A stretch of 61,882 bases of DNA, the filler included. It is 6 parts of 6 records of this genome, joined end to end, with 100 filler letters (N's around TTAATTAATTAA, not from the genome) between each part and the next. Parts side by side here need not be neighbours in the genome. Positions count along the whole stretch, not along the records: positions 28,386 to 50,139 come from SRR2962707_3975; positions 50,240 to 56,413 come from SRR2962707_3996; 4 more parts are not named here. One strand, written 5' to 3'. Position 1 is the first letter of the stretch, and each line of letters opens with the position of its first letter. The notes under the pieces are model-generated. The model was not told the DNA's origin. It ran no database searches and saw only the letters and a list, made by a program, of their open reading frames with translations. Below, piece after piece: positions 43,251-54,400 of the stretch. The translations under genes and the position numbers were made by a program.

Positions 43251-43565
43251 ATGAATCAGAATCTAGGAGCACTTGAAGAAATTGTCTTACTGCTTGTGCT
43301 AAAGCAGCAGGAATCTTACGGTGCAGAATTAGTCAAGCTTTACATGTCTCAAATGAATAAGGAGATTACACTTCCTGCCGTTGTGATGGTGCTGAAACGC
43401 CTTGAGAAGAAAGGTTTTTTGGATTCCAGAATGGGAGAACCTACTTCCGAGCGAGGAGGAAGGAGGAAAGTGCTATACAAGGCGACTCCATTGGCATTCA
43501 GAACTGTCGAAGAAGCAATGAGTGTAAAAAACGCTATTTGGAACTCTGTTCCTAAACTCACTTAA
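43251..43565 (+). CDS. PadR family regulator
   Basis: LGALEEIVLL...YG...LKRLEKKG...GEPTSERGGRRK. Confidence 0.93.
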   Translation: MNQNLGALEEIVLLLVLKQQESYGAELVKLYMSQMNKEITLPAVVMVLKRLEKKGFLDSRMGEPTSERGGRRKVLYKATPLAFRTVEEAMSVKNAIWNSVPKLT

Positions 43566-43568
43566 GTT

Positions 43569-46238
43569 ATGAGAGGAAAGAATAAAAGGTCACTTTCAGA
43601 CCGACTGCTGAGCCTATTTTGTGGTGATAATATGGCAGAGGAGATAAAGGGGGATTTGGAAGAAACATATCATTGGAGGTCAGAACACAAGGGTAGAAGC
43701 TATGCTAAGCTTCGATACTTTTTAGATGTATTAAGTGCTTCAAGGTTTCTATTGAAAAGAGAATACTCGGTTGTTTCTCAAAGTCTTCTTTACAGTTTTA
43801 TTAAGAGCTCGATTAGAAATTTCAAACGCCACCCAGGTTATACAACACTCAATATTCTAGGTGTAGCGATAGGTCTGACAGCCTCTCTGTATATACTCGA
43901 GTATGTTTCCGAAGAGTTGAATTATAACAATAGTACTGGCTCTGATCGGATTTATCGTGTTTCCAATGACTACTACAGATTCGGAAATATGATATATGAA
44001 AGCAGCATGACATTTTCAGGTGTTGGCCCGGCAATGAAACGAGATTTACCTGAAGTAACTGCCTTTGCAAGGTTGTATCAATATGGCATCAATGAAGGAG
44101 GGTCAGTAATACTGACCAGACCAGACCAACCGCAGATCAACTTCAAAGAGAAAAATCTGTTTTTTGCGGATCCGACCTATCTCAAATTCTTTGATCTAGA
44201 AATATCTCATGGAATGAATGCTTTGCATGAGCCTAATACACTGGTCATCACAAAAGAATTAGCTGAAAAATACTTTGGAAGTGTTGAGGAGGCCCTTGGG
44301 AAATCATTGAGGTACAACGACAGACAGACCGAATATGAATTGCTTGTTGTTGGAATTTTCACAAAGCCCGATTTCAAATTACAAGTAGATACAGATGTCT
44401 TAGTTTCATATAGTACCCTGGAGCGGCAAAATCCCGATGACTTTTCTAATGATTGGGGTGGAAACGCATTTATCACATTTGTGGAGCTCACAAAGGATGC
44501 CGAACCAGTATGTATTGAGAAAGAAATGAGCAATCTCACACTTCGCTACAAGCCAGGTTACGCAGAAAAAGATGAAGAGGGCCACTTCCTACGCGTGAAT
44601 CGCTACTTTTTGACCAACATTGCAAACATTCATTTGAATTCAAAATTCCAGAATGAAATTGGTCCGGTTGGGAATGCCACCACCATCGGATTGTTACAAG
44701 CCATCGCATTATTCATTGTAGTTATAGCCTGGATCAACTTCATAAACTTAAGTACCGCCAAATCAGTTGACCGAGCCAGGGAGGTTGGCATCAGGAAGGC
44801 TATTGGTGCTCAGAAGAAAGAACTAATCCTGCAATTTTTTACAGAAGCCGTTCTCATCAATGGAATCGCCGTGTTGATCGCTCTGTCATTCGCCTCATTT
44901 GGGCAATCACTATTTAATCTTTTTGTTGAAAAAGATCTTTCACTTTTAAGTATCGATTTGGCTCGATTTGGTTTTTTGGGGGTGTTCATTTTCGCTTTGG
45001 GAACGATTCTGTCAGGATTCTATCCGGCATTGGTTATCTCTTCACATCAAACTATCAATGCATTGAAGGGGAAATCAAAAGCCAATGCCAGTCATTCATT
45101 GAGAAGAGGTCTGATTGTATTTCAGCTACTTTTTAGCTCGTTGCTCATAGTGGCCACTCTTGCTATCAATAAGCAGTTGAATTACATGAACAGCCAGCAC
45201 ATGGGCTTTGAGATGGACCAGGTATTGATACTACGTGGACCATTGATTAGTCAAGCAAGGGGAGAAGATGACAATCAGGATACAGATTTGTTCAGACAGC
45301 AACTCCATGCAATTCCTGGAGTACATGAAATGGGTACCTCATCAATTATTCCTGGTCAGGGAATATTGCGAGGGTTAGCCATCTCCTGGGTTAGGGAAAG
45401 TGAAGCTGACATGAAATCAATTGAGCGAGTTGTCACAAGCAATAACTTCCTTTCCACAATGAAAACAACGTTTCTGGCAGGTGAAGATTTCAATGAAACA
45501 ATGGAAGGGTATGTTCCAATTATTCTAAATGAATCTGCCGCTAGTGAACTTGGATTTAGTGATCCTGGTGAAGCAATTGGTCAGATTCTGTATGAATTTA
45601 CTCGTTACGAAAGAAGGATTGTTGGTGTCATTCAGGATTACCACCATGAATCATTAGACCGGCAAATTGATGCCATGTATTTCGTCCGCAATGAGGCAGT
45701 GAATACCTACTACGCCATCCGAATGAATAGTGATGATGTAAGTACAACCCTCCATCACATTGAAGAAGCATACATGAATGTCTATCCCGGTAACCCTGCG
45801 GAATACTATTTTCTTGACCAGTTCTTCGCGAGACAATACATAAGTGACGAATTGAATCGTAAAGTATTCAGCGCTTTTTCAATCATGGCCATCATTGTTG
45901 CTTGTCTCGGACTTTATGGTTTGTCAGCCTCCTCAGCGCTCCAACGGGCGAAAGAAGTTGGAGTGAGGAAGGTGCTGGGAGCCAGTATCCCGGGACTCTT
46001 CTTATTGCTGACTAGAGAAATATTCCTTCTTGTGTTGATCGGATTTGCAATTGCTATCCCTATAGCATGGTGGGGAATAGAGAATTGGTTGAATGGTTTT
46101 GCTTATCGTATGACCATTGGGCCTCTTTTATTTGTCATTCCACTCTTTTTGATTGGGATGATTACGCTGCTGGCGACTGGAACCAGAATCCTCAAAGTGG
46201 CGCTAATAAATCCTGTTAAATCGCTCAGATATGAATAG
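43569..46238 (+). CDS. Duplicated MacB/FtsX-type ABC permease
   Basis: Prefix EEIKGDLEE, two periplasmic-plus-permease halves (RAREVGIRKAIGA; RAKEVGVRKVLGAS), ending NPVKSLRYE. Confidence 0.95.
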   Translation: MRGKNKRSLSDRLLSLFCGDNMAEEIKGDLEETYHWRSEHKGRSYAKLRYFLDVLSASRFLLKREYSVVSQSLLYSFIKSSIRNFKRHPGYTTLNILGVAIGLTASLYILEYVSEELNYNNSTGSDRIYRVSNDYYRFGNMIYESSMTFSGVGPAMKRDLPEVTAFARLYQYGINEGGSVILTRPDQPQINFKEKNLFFADPTYLKFFDLEISHGMNALHEPNTLVITKELAEKYFGSVEEALGKSLRYNDRQTEYELLVVGIFTKPDFKLQVDTDVLVSYSTLERQNPDDFSNDWGGNAFITFVELTKDAEPVCIEKEMSNLTLRYKPGYAEKDEEGHFLRVNRYFLTNIANIHLNSKFQNEIGPVGNATTIGLLQAIALFIVVIAWINFINLSTAKSVDRAREVGIRKAIGAQKKELILQFFTEAVLINGIAVLIALSFASFGQSLFNLFVEKDLSLLSIDLARFGFLGVFIFALGTILSGFYPALVISSHQTINALKGKSKANASHSLRRGLIVFQLLFSSLLIVATLAINKQLNYMNSQHMGFEMDQVLILRGPLISQARGEDDNQDTDLFRQQLHAIPGVHEMGTSSIIPGQGILRGLAISWVRESEADMKSIERVVTSNNFLSTMKTTFLAGEDFNETMEGYVPIILNESAASELGFSDPGEAIGQILYEFTRYERRIVGVIQDYHHESLDRQIDAMYFVRNEAVNTYYAIRMNSDDVSTTLHHIEEAYMNVYPGNPAEYYFLDQFFARQYISDELNRKVFSAFSIMAIIVACLGLYGLSASSALQRAKEVGVRKVLGASIPGLFLLLTREIFLLVLIGFAIAIPIAWWGIENWLNGFAYRMTIGPLLFVIPLFLIGMITLLATGTRILKVALINPVKSLRYE

Positions 46239-46260
46239 TTATTAAAATTCAAAATTACTC

Positions 46261-47409
46261 ATGCATATGAAAAGGTCATTTGTACTACTAGGGATTGTCA
46301 TCGTCATAGGGGTGGCAGCCTGGTCTGTCACCACGGCTACCGAGGATATTCAGCATCAAGTGCCTGAACCGAACATGTACGAGGAAGCATTGCAAACGGC
46401 CAATCTCTCTTCAAAAATGCTCCGACATGGGGTTCCGGGAATCAGTTTTGCCGTGATCAAAAATGGTAAACTTGACTGGGCCAAAGGATATGGCGTATTG
46501 CAGGATGGACGGCCAGAAGAGGTTGACACCCAAACGCTTTTCTCGGTAGGATCTGTAAGCAAGGTAGGAGCGGCTTTAATCAGCCTGAAACTCCAGGAAG
46601 CTGGAATGTTATCTATTGACGAAAATGTGAATGACTACCTAAAATCATGGAAAATAGCTGAGAATCAATTTACCGAAAATCAACCGGTGACACTCCGACG
46701 TATCATGTCTCATACAGCCGGACTCACCGTTCATGGTTTTGCAGATTTTCTCCCCGAAGAAAAACTACCAACTACGGTACAAATACTCAATGGAGAGCGG
46801 CCAGCAAAAAATAGTCCTGTATATGTGGATATACCTGTGGGTGAGAGATATCGCTATTCCGGAGGAGGCACCACAGTCGAACAACTGGTGATAGAGGAAC
46901 TCACCGGTTTGCCATTCCATGAAGCTGCGGATAAGCTTCTTTTCCAACCACTGGGGATGAAACGAAGTAGCTACAAAAATCCACTTCCGGAAGCAATGGG
47001 CAATATTGCCAAGGCACACAATAGAAATGGAAATCCGGAAGCTTTGCCGAGAGGCTACCAAAGTATGCCAGAAGCAGCTGCCTCAGGTTTGTGGTCCACT
47101 CCAAGCGATTTTGCCAAGTTGATGATCATGCTCATGCAAGCCTATGATGGTCAGCATGATTACTTAAACCAAAGTACTGTGAAAGATATGATGACACCTG
47201 TCAGTCCTGGCAATTATGGACTTGGTCCGCGCATCAAAAATGAAGCTGGCGATATTCAGTTTTCACATGGGGGTGCAAATGATTCTTACCGGGCACAGTT
47301 TGTGGGTTTAGTTGGCAAGAAGAGTGGGGTGATCATTTTTACCAATGGCACCTCGGGTACCCAGTTAATTGATGAGCTGCTACCTGTGTTTGAAGAATTG
47401 CTCTTTTGA
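46261..47409 (+). CDS. Serine hydrolase, beta-lactamase/AmpC-like family
   Basis: SxxK (SVSK), SHTAG, YRYSGGG and HGG, with an N-terminal signal or anchor. Confidence 0.92.
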   Translation: MHMKRSFVLLGIVIVIGVAAWSVTTATEDIQHQVPEPNMYEEALQTANLSSKMLRHGVPGISFAVIKNGKLDWAKGYGVLQDGRPEEVDTQTLFSVGSVSKVGAALISLKLQEAGMLSIDENVNDYLKSWKIAENQFTENQPVTLRRIMSHTAGLTVHGFADFLPEEKLPTTVQILNGERPAKNSPVYVDIPVGERYRYSGGGTTVEQLVIEELTGLPFHEAADKLLFQPLGMKRSSYKNPLPEAMGNIAKAHNRNGNPEALPRGYQSMPEAAASGLWSTPSDFAKLMIMLMQAYDGQHDYLNQSTVKDMMTPVSPGNYGLGPRIKNEAGDIQFSHGGANDSYRAQFVGLVGKKSGVIIFTNGTSGTQLIDELLPVFEELLF

Positions 47410-47426
47410 TTTGGAGAAATCAAATA

Positions 47427-48824
47427 CTAATCTTTTAACTCCAATAACATCACATTCTCCACATGCTGAGTATGTGGAAACATATCCACAGGTTGGATTT
47501 TTTTCACTTCATATACCTGACCTAAGACCTCTAGGTCGCGTGCTTGTGTTGCAGGATTGCAGCTTACATATACCACTCGATCTACCCTTAAATCGGCAAG
47601 TAGCTGTGTAACTCTGGGGTGCATGCCCGCCCTGGGTGGATCGGTGATGATCACATCCGGCTTTCCATGCTCCTTAATAAATTCATTAGCCAGCAGGTCT
47701 TTCATATCTCCGGCAAAAAATGATGTATTGGCAATCCCGTTGATTTCGCTGTTGATCTTAGCATCCTCAATGGCAGCTTCCACATATTCAATTCCAACCA
47801 CATGTTTGGCGGATCGAGCCACAAAATTGGCGATGGTACCGCTTCCGGTATAAAGGTCATAAACCAACTCATCACCCTTCAGACCAGCAAAATCAGCGGC
47901 AACCTTATATAGCTCATGTGCCTGCTCAGAATTTGTCTGATAGAACGATTTCGGACCTATTTTGAACTTAAGATCCCCCATTTGTTCCATGATGTGATCT
48001 TCTCCGGAAAAGAGCTCTATCTCCAGATCACCGTAAGAGTCATTTCCCTTTTCATTTACCACATACATGAGTGAAGTAATCTGCGGAAACTGCTCTTTTA
48101 AAAAGTTTAGCGATTGCTCCAGCCACTTCTGATCTCTATTCGCTACCTGTAGGATCACCATCAAATCTCCTGTTGTTGAGGTTCTGATGATCAAATTGCG
48201 GAGAAAACCGTCCTGTTTCTTAAGGTCAAAAAATGGAATGGATTCTTTATCGGCAAAAGCTTTGAATGCTAATCTTATTTCATTCGAGGGATCAGCCTGG
48301 AGAAAACACTTATTGATGTTCACAATCTTGTTGAACTGCCTTGGGATATGGAAGCCCAAACCAGATCGAACCTGCTCATCTCCGCTTTCAATTTCTTCCT
48401 TCGTCAGCCAACGAAAGTTTGAAAAAGTGTACTCTAATTTGTTTCGGTAAAAGGTGGTATTCGACGAGCCAAGAATCGGCATTACCTCAGGAAGTTCGAG
48501 CCCGCTAAGCTTCCGTAGATTCTCCTCGACATGCTCTTGTTTGTACGTTAGCTGAGCCTCATAGCTCATATGCTGCCATTTACATCCTCCACAAAGCCCA
48601 AAATGCTCACAAAAAGGCTCTTCCCTATCTTTCGACTTTGAAATAATCTCTAAAGTCACCGCCTCCAGAAATTTTTTCTTTTTCCCAACGACTCTCGCTT
48701 TAACCACATCTCCTGGTACTGTTTCTTTCACAAATACCACCTGACCATCCAATCTTCCAACTCCTTTACCTTCAGAAGAAATTCCTGTGATTTCCAGAGA
48801 TTCGATCACTGCACCTTTTTTCAT
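47427..48824 (-). CDS. rlmD: 23S rRNA m5U1939 methyltransferase
   Basis: TRAM domain, CEHFGLCGGC, SFYQTN, DPPRAG, YVSCNPATQARD and DMFPHT. Start at MKKG follows a TATTTTTG -7 box. Confidence 0.96.
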   Translation of the reverse strand: MKKGAVIESLEITGISSEGKGVGRLDGQVVFVKETVPGDVVKARVVGKKKKFLEAVTLEIISKSKDREEPFCEHFGLCGGCKWQHMSYEAQLTYKQEHVEENLRKLSGLELPEVMPILGSSNTTFYRNKLEYTFSNFRWLTKEEIESGDEQVRSGLGFHIPRQFNKIVNINKCFLQADPSNEIRLAFKAFADKESIPFFDLKKQDGFLRNLIIRTSTTGDLMVILQVANRDQKWLEQSLNFLKEQFPQITSLMYVVNEKGNDSYGDLEIELFSGEDHIMEQMGDLKFKIGPKSFYQTNSEQAHELYKVAADFAGLKGDELVYDLYTGSGTIANFVARSAKHVVGIEYVEAAIEDAKINSEINGIANTSFFAGDMKDLLANEFIKEHGKPDVIITDPPRAGMHPRVTQLLADLRVDRVVYVSCNPATQARDLEVLGQVYEVKKIQPVDMFPHTQHVENVMLLELKD

Positions 48825-48894
48825 CGTGCAAAAATAGTATCCCATGCGGTTGGTTTACAGGGTTTTTCGTAGTTTCATTGTTCTATTTGAAGGC

Positions 48895-50139
48895 ATGAGA
48901 AGAATACTCCTATCAACCATCCTCATCATGGGCTTTTTAGGGTCCAAAGCATACCACATCGTAGGTGGTGAAATAGAATTTCAGTACCTCAGTGATGGTT
49001 TATATAGAATCAACCTGATCATGTACATTGATCAAGTGCAGGAAGGTAATCCCAATGGCTTTTTGACACAACCAGACAATGCGGTGAATATTTTTCTGTT
49101 TAGGAATTCTGACAATCAGTTCATGACCAACTTCATCATTCCACTAACATTGACTGAGCAAGTTTTTTATACAAATATTGAATGCGCAAGGGAAGAACTG
49201 GAAACCATGAGAGCGGTTTACTCCATGGATGTAGAGATGGATCCTGCACTTTTTGATGATCCTCTTGGGTACTACTTTCAGTGGGAAAGATGCTGTAGAA
49301 ATACAATCATCGACAATATTGTGAATCCTGATGGGGCAGGAATGAACTATGTTCTGGAGATTCCACCACTTATGAAAAATGGCGTGATTTTTAAGAACTC
49401 ATCGCCACGTCTGTTCAAACCATTGAGCGATTATGCCTGCATCAATCAACTCTATTACGTCGAATTCACAGGGATTGATCCTGATGGAGACTCACTGGTC
49501 TATTCTCTTGCGGCACCATTGAATAGCTCCTCGCAATTTGCACTGCCAACACCTCAACCCAAGCCGCATTTCAATGTCGCATTTAATCCAGGCTATTCGG
49601 TAAATGATATGGTGCACGGCTCACCACCCCTCAGAATCAGCAACAAAGGATTGCTTACGGTTAATCCAAGTGAAACAGGATTGTACGTTTTTTCTGTAAG
49701 GGTAGAAGAGTATCGAGACGAAGAAAAAATTGGAGAAGTTAGAAGAGACTTCCAGGTTCTCGTTGTAGACGGTTGCGAACCACCGGATCCGCCAGTGGTA
49801 GATATTGATATTCCTGGAAACCCAATATTTGATCCTGAAACGGATGTGCTCAATTATACCGTGTCAGATGCGAAGTGTTTTGACTTTATTGTTGCCAATA
49901 TCACCGATGGTGAGACCATCTCTCTTCGTGCGGAAGGTGTCAATTTTGACGAAGATCTGGATGAAATTTTCACATTGAATCAAATTCCTGTTGATGGCAG
50001 CACTAGTGAGTTGAAAATTGAAGTCTGTATCCCTGATTGCCCTCCGATTAGAGATAAACCATTTATCCTGGATCTGATAGCAGCAGATGACGCCTGCCCG
50101 CTACCACAGTTGGATACTTTGAGGCTGACTATTAACGTT
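48895..50139 (+). CDS. Secreted gliding-motility/T9SS-type surface protein, 3'-truncated
   Basis: Signal peptide then HIVGGEI, WERCCRN, NSSP, DPDGDSLVYSL, GEVRRDFQ and DDACP, typical of Bacteroidota type-B CTD proteins. The CTD itself is off-contig. Confidence 0.8.
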
Positions 50140-50239
50140 NNNNNNNNNNNNNNNNNNNNNNNNNNNNNNNNNNNNNNNNNNNNTTAATTAATTAANNNNN
50201 NNNNNNNNNNNNNNNNNNNNNNNNNNNNNNNNNNNNNNN
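50140..50239. other. Artificial contig-joining spacer
   Basis: N44-TTAATTAATTAA-N44. Confidence 0.99.
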
Positions 50240-50266
50240 AGTGAGTGAGTGAGTGAGTGAGTGAGT
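50240..50266. repeat. (GTGA)n microsatellite
   Basis: Read directly from the sequence. Confidence 0.95.
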
Positions 50267-50276
50267 CGCCATCATC

Positions 50277-51477
50277 ATGGCGTTGCGTTTCAAGCGCGAT
50301 GGGGAGGAGACTCGCTTCATCAAGGTGGAAAACTCTCCCAAAGTCGACGAGGAAGCGCAGACCAACGCGGTGCTGAGAGCGTTCCGAGACACCAGCAACA
50401 ACAACCCCGACGATCCCGGGCCTGGCGAGCTCTGCTTCCGCTTCGAGGTGCGCTCACTTACCCAGATGCTGCTCAGATTATGCGCATTCGCATTCGCATT
50501 CGCATTCACAACGCGCGCGCGCGCACACACACAGACAGACACAGGCTCACACACGCACACACATACTGGCACACCTGCACACAACAGCACTGCCCAATAT
50601 GAATGTGTCTGCAGAAGCACCTGTCTGCCTGGAGTTGTTGCATGCTTGATGATGAAGCCACTCGACGAACGACGACGTGCACGCGCAGCGCAAACTTGCT
50701 TGCTGACGAATCCGCTTTCCCTCCCTGCGTTCGCCTTCGTTGCGGTGCGGTGCGGTGCGGCGCGTGTTGTGTGCGTGCGTGCGTGCGTGTCCAGGTGAAG
50801 AACCCAAGCAAGAAGAACACTTCCAAGAAAAAAACAGTGATTTTTCTTGGCATTATGGACAACAAGCCTTTCGAGGCTGCGTTGCGCACGTATGTAATAG
50901 GTTCATTTGATAAATAGCCTCCGCCTTGAATGTGTTCTTTCGAGAAAGCGTGTGTTGCGTGTTCACTGCTCATCATCATTGGCGACCGCTTCTGATGTCA
51001 ACAAATGATGTCGTCAGGTGCAGCAAACTCGTGGGCGGTGATGTCGACTCAAGCGTCTTCATGACGGATGGTAAGTGATTGTCCTCGCTGATTGATGTTT
51101 CGATTTGCTTGCAAGCACAGCTGAGTTGGCATGCGAAGCATTTTTGCGTGCAGTGTCAGAATCATGGTTGCTGTTTTGCTCGCATGCATTGCCGCACTTC
51201 ACGATTTCCTGTGCTCTTGTTGCTCTGCAAGACGGGTTTGGCATCGTTGCGAAACAAATTGCAGGAAACGTTTTCTTCAAATATGGTGTCCATCTGCATC
51301 TCCATGTGGGTATTTCGTTGAGAAATGTTTCATGGCACACAAGGAGGTAGTACTTTTAGCGATGAAAACAAATTGATTCATAAAGCGAACATGACCGAAT
51401 ATTAGTCAAGGCTTATCTCCTAGCTGCTGCTCCGCGTATATCTTGAGCCTACGCAGCTGCGAGAGGACACAGCTTAA
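50277..51477 (+). CDS. Divergent UFM1-like protein with N-terminal extension (5 exons, ~137 aa)
   Basis: Exons 50277-50447, 50795-50889, 51018-51070, 51232-51305 and 51457-51477 join in frame through GT-AG introns. The result ends PFEAALRTCSKLVGGDVDSSVFMTDDGFGIVAKQIAGNVFFKYGVHLHLHLREDTA, co-linear with UFM1. The last exon is less certain. Confidence 0.75.
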
Positions 51478-51484
51478 TTAATAA

Positions 51485-54400
51485 TTAATTTCCCATGCGC
51501 CTTGCGTTGGTTCCGCCAGAAAAGGAGCCTTCGAGCTGTTGCTGCTGTAAAAGTACAATCTCGCGATACTGCTCCAGCTCATCTTCGTACCTGCCAAGTC
51601 AAGGCCACAATTTTAGTGGAAATGGGCAAGGTGTTAGTCTCACCCGGGTTAGCAGCCAGAATTGGCCGCCCTGCTGACAGAATACGTGAAGCTAACACTA
51701 CACCAAACTTACGCTCTCAGCTGGTGATCCATTCTCATATACACGTCCATGCCTGCAGCGCTTCGCATGCTATCGTCACTTGCATCTCCCTGTGCTTTCC
51801 TAGACACGATTGCAAGTTTGTGGCCGCTTTTCTGAATGCCAGAACCATTGTCATCACCCTTGACGCGCTGCCGTGAGCTCCGTGGAGTGGAAAAACTTCC
51901 GGATGGTGAGGATCTAACGTTCGCATTCGGAGACTGCTGCGAAGCAGGCTCCCTTTTGCTGTGCGTCAGCCCGTGTCGAGGAGGCGAAAAGGGAGACCGA
52001 TTGGATTCAGCAGCTGCTGCTAAACGGCGCAAATCTCGATATCTGTGACTCGTACTGTTGCCCAGACTTGCCTGCGTGTCAACGCGCCCACTTAATCGTG
52101 AGGCGTGGGTTCTCAAGGATAGACTCAAAAAAGAAAAACGATCATCTTCCAATCACTTCAGCCAAATCGTGAGAACACCCGCCATACCTGTTGGCGACGC
52201 TGCTGCTCGGCGTTCAACCGAAGTGCGTCGCGCTTCTCGTAACGACTCAACTGCTTGCGCATCCCACGGAGGCGCCTCTCAACAGCAGCTGCATGAAGCG
52301 CACTGTGTTGCAACTGCTGTTGCTGCTTGGCACACAACGCAGTAAGTTCTTCGCGTCTTTGCTTCTCGTTTCGCAAGGCTTCTCGAAATTCCGCTAACAT
52401 GCGGTATCAAAGTGCATTGCGCGTGTGTGGGTTGGAAAGGAAAAGGTCGACGGAAATCAATAGCGCTTGGCAATACGGCAGCGAGAAAACCGCACATACC
52501 GAGCTCTTGTTGCAAGGAAATAACACGTTGGCCCTGAACTTCCACTGCTTCTTCCCAGCGCCTTTCTGCCTCTTGTCTTGCCAAGGCGGCTTCTGCTGCT
52601 GCCTTGTCTTCCTCTGCCTGTTGTTGGCGCAAGAATTCAAGCCTCGTGTCTTCCTTGGCTTTGGCGACAGCATCAGCAACCGCACGGTGCCATGCTTCTT
52701 CCGCTTTTCTCTCCTGAATTGCCTCCTCCTCAACGCCATCAACCACATCGTGGACGCTTGTCCGAAGAACATTGTTGACTTCGTCATTGAGATCTTTCGC
52801 CTCCGCACACCGGAGGGCCTGCCGCGTGAGCACACATGTAAAACAATCGATGTAACCAGAAAGTATCCGGTTTGGATCATGGGTGTAGAGTGACAACGTG
52901 TTAACATATGCTTCCTACCTTGTTTTCCGCACGTAAATGTCTTATTTCATCCAAGGCATCTTCCAGCGTGGATGTTGCAACCCCAAGCTGACCACGGGTG
53001 TGGCGAAGCTGCTGCACTAGCTTTAACTTTTCTGGAGAGGATTCGCCAGACACAGGGGGGTAGTCTTTGACAGGGGTACTGACGCTTTTCGATGTTTGGC
53101 TGCGTGGATGGGGCGACAATGCATGAGGCACAGGAACAGTTGACACTGGGGCGGGTGCGCCATCGTCCCCGACTTCGATGACTTCAATACCAGGGTCATG
53201 ACGCCACTGCTTGCCATCTGACCAATGCCACCTGCACAGGTTTTTGTTCAAAATGAAGCAAGTTACTCATCACAGAAAAAGCCAATCCACAAAAAGCTCC
53301 AGAATATGACCATGTCGAGTCCACTCGAGGGCAAGCCGCACACGCAAACACACATTGGATTAGGGTCTGTCGGGCCTGACTGAAGTGTACATTTTCGATT
53401 GCCCGAAATAATCCAGCCGACGCCGTGTTCCATATGCTCACGCGCCTGGTGACCAATGGTATCATGTTTTGCCCGTTAGTGACTCGAACAGCTATGAGAA
53501 GGCAAAAAAAAACGGTGAGCAGATATTTTTGCGCTGGCCAGACGTACCCCAATTAGCCATGCCTGGTGCTGCCGGGCAAAATACAGTCGAATATCCGCAA
53601 AATCACGAAATAAACGGCCCTTGCCAGGTTGTTGACGCAGACGCCAAGAAGAATACGATTTTGATGGCAAGGAACCATGATGATGCACCGGTGAAGAGGA
53701 GGCGCTGTGTGCAACGCGGTCGTACACACCCATGAGGCTGGATAGTGGACCTTGGTGTCCGCGCACAAGCAGGGCAGTTGGTTTTGTGGGCGACATGTCC
53801 CCACTACTCGTATCCAAATTCGAGACCGGGGACGGCCGTTGGCTGTCATTACCCGTGGTCGCATTCGCCTGCCTTTGGAGGCTCATGGCCTCTTGCAGTT
53901 GTTGAATTTGGTGTTGCTGTTTTTCCAGCTCTATCTGCTGCTGTTGCAGCCGTGCCTCTAACTCATGGTCTTGTGTTTGAGTAAGCGCCAACGGCGAGGT
54001 GTGGGTCGACGGGGTCGAATTTTCTACGTTGGATGGCAGCTGTGGATTCGTGCTAGATTCTTTTGGGGTTTCAAAATGGTGCGATGATGAGTGGCGGCGT
54101 TCTGCGTTTGGCCCCACGTTTGTCAAATGGGAACAAGATGGCGTTGTATCCATCGCATCAACATCACAACGTGATTCCTCATGACGCAGCAACGCTTTCA
54201 AACGAGTTGCAATGGCCCATGCACTCGCTGCGCCACCGAAGGGCCCCCCTTTTCGAGCAGAGCCGACTGTGCTACCTTCACTCCTGCCACCCCCGCCGTC
54301 GTCGTCCCCACGCCCTGCCTCTTTCTGGCTGCTTGGCGCAGCTTGATTCCTTCGGGTATTATCAAGGCCACTTTTTTCGCCACTTTGGGGATCCACGTTT

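Noticed and set aside
46261-47409. Antibiotic-resistance call for the serine hydrolase (and for the vanZ-like gene)
   Set aside because: Both are broad families. The hydrolase has YxG rather than the AmpC YxN motif, and there is no van cluster.
50277-50798. 173-aa ORF as the real product
   Set aside because: After residue 57 it reads through a microsatellite-rich intron (GCATTC, CA and GTGC repeats). The spliced model fits better.
53140-53800. Possible small globular domain (LMGVYDRV...LYF...AWLIG...WHWSDG) in the coiled-coil gene
   Set aside because: The exon joins are uncertain and I cannot name a family.
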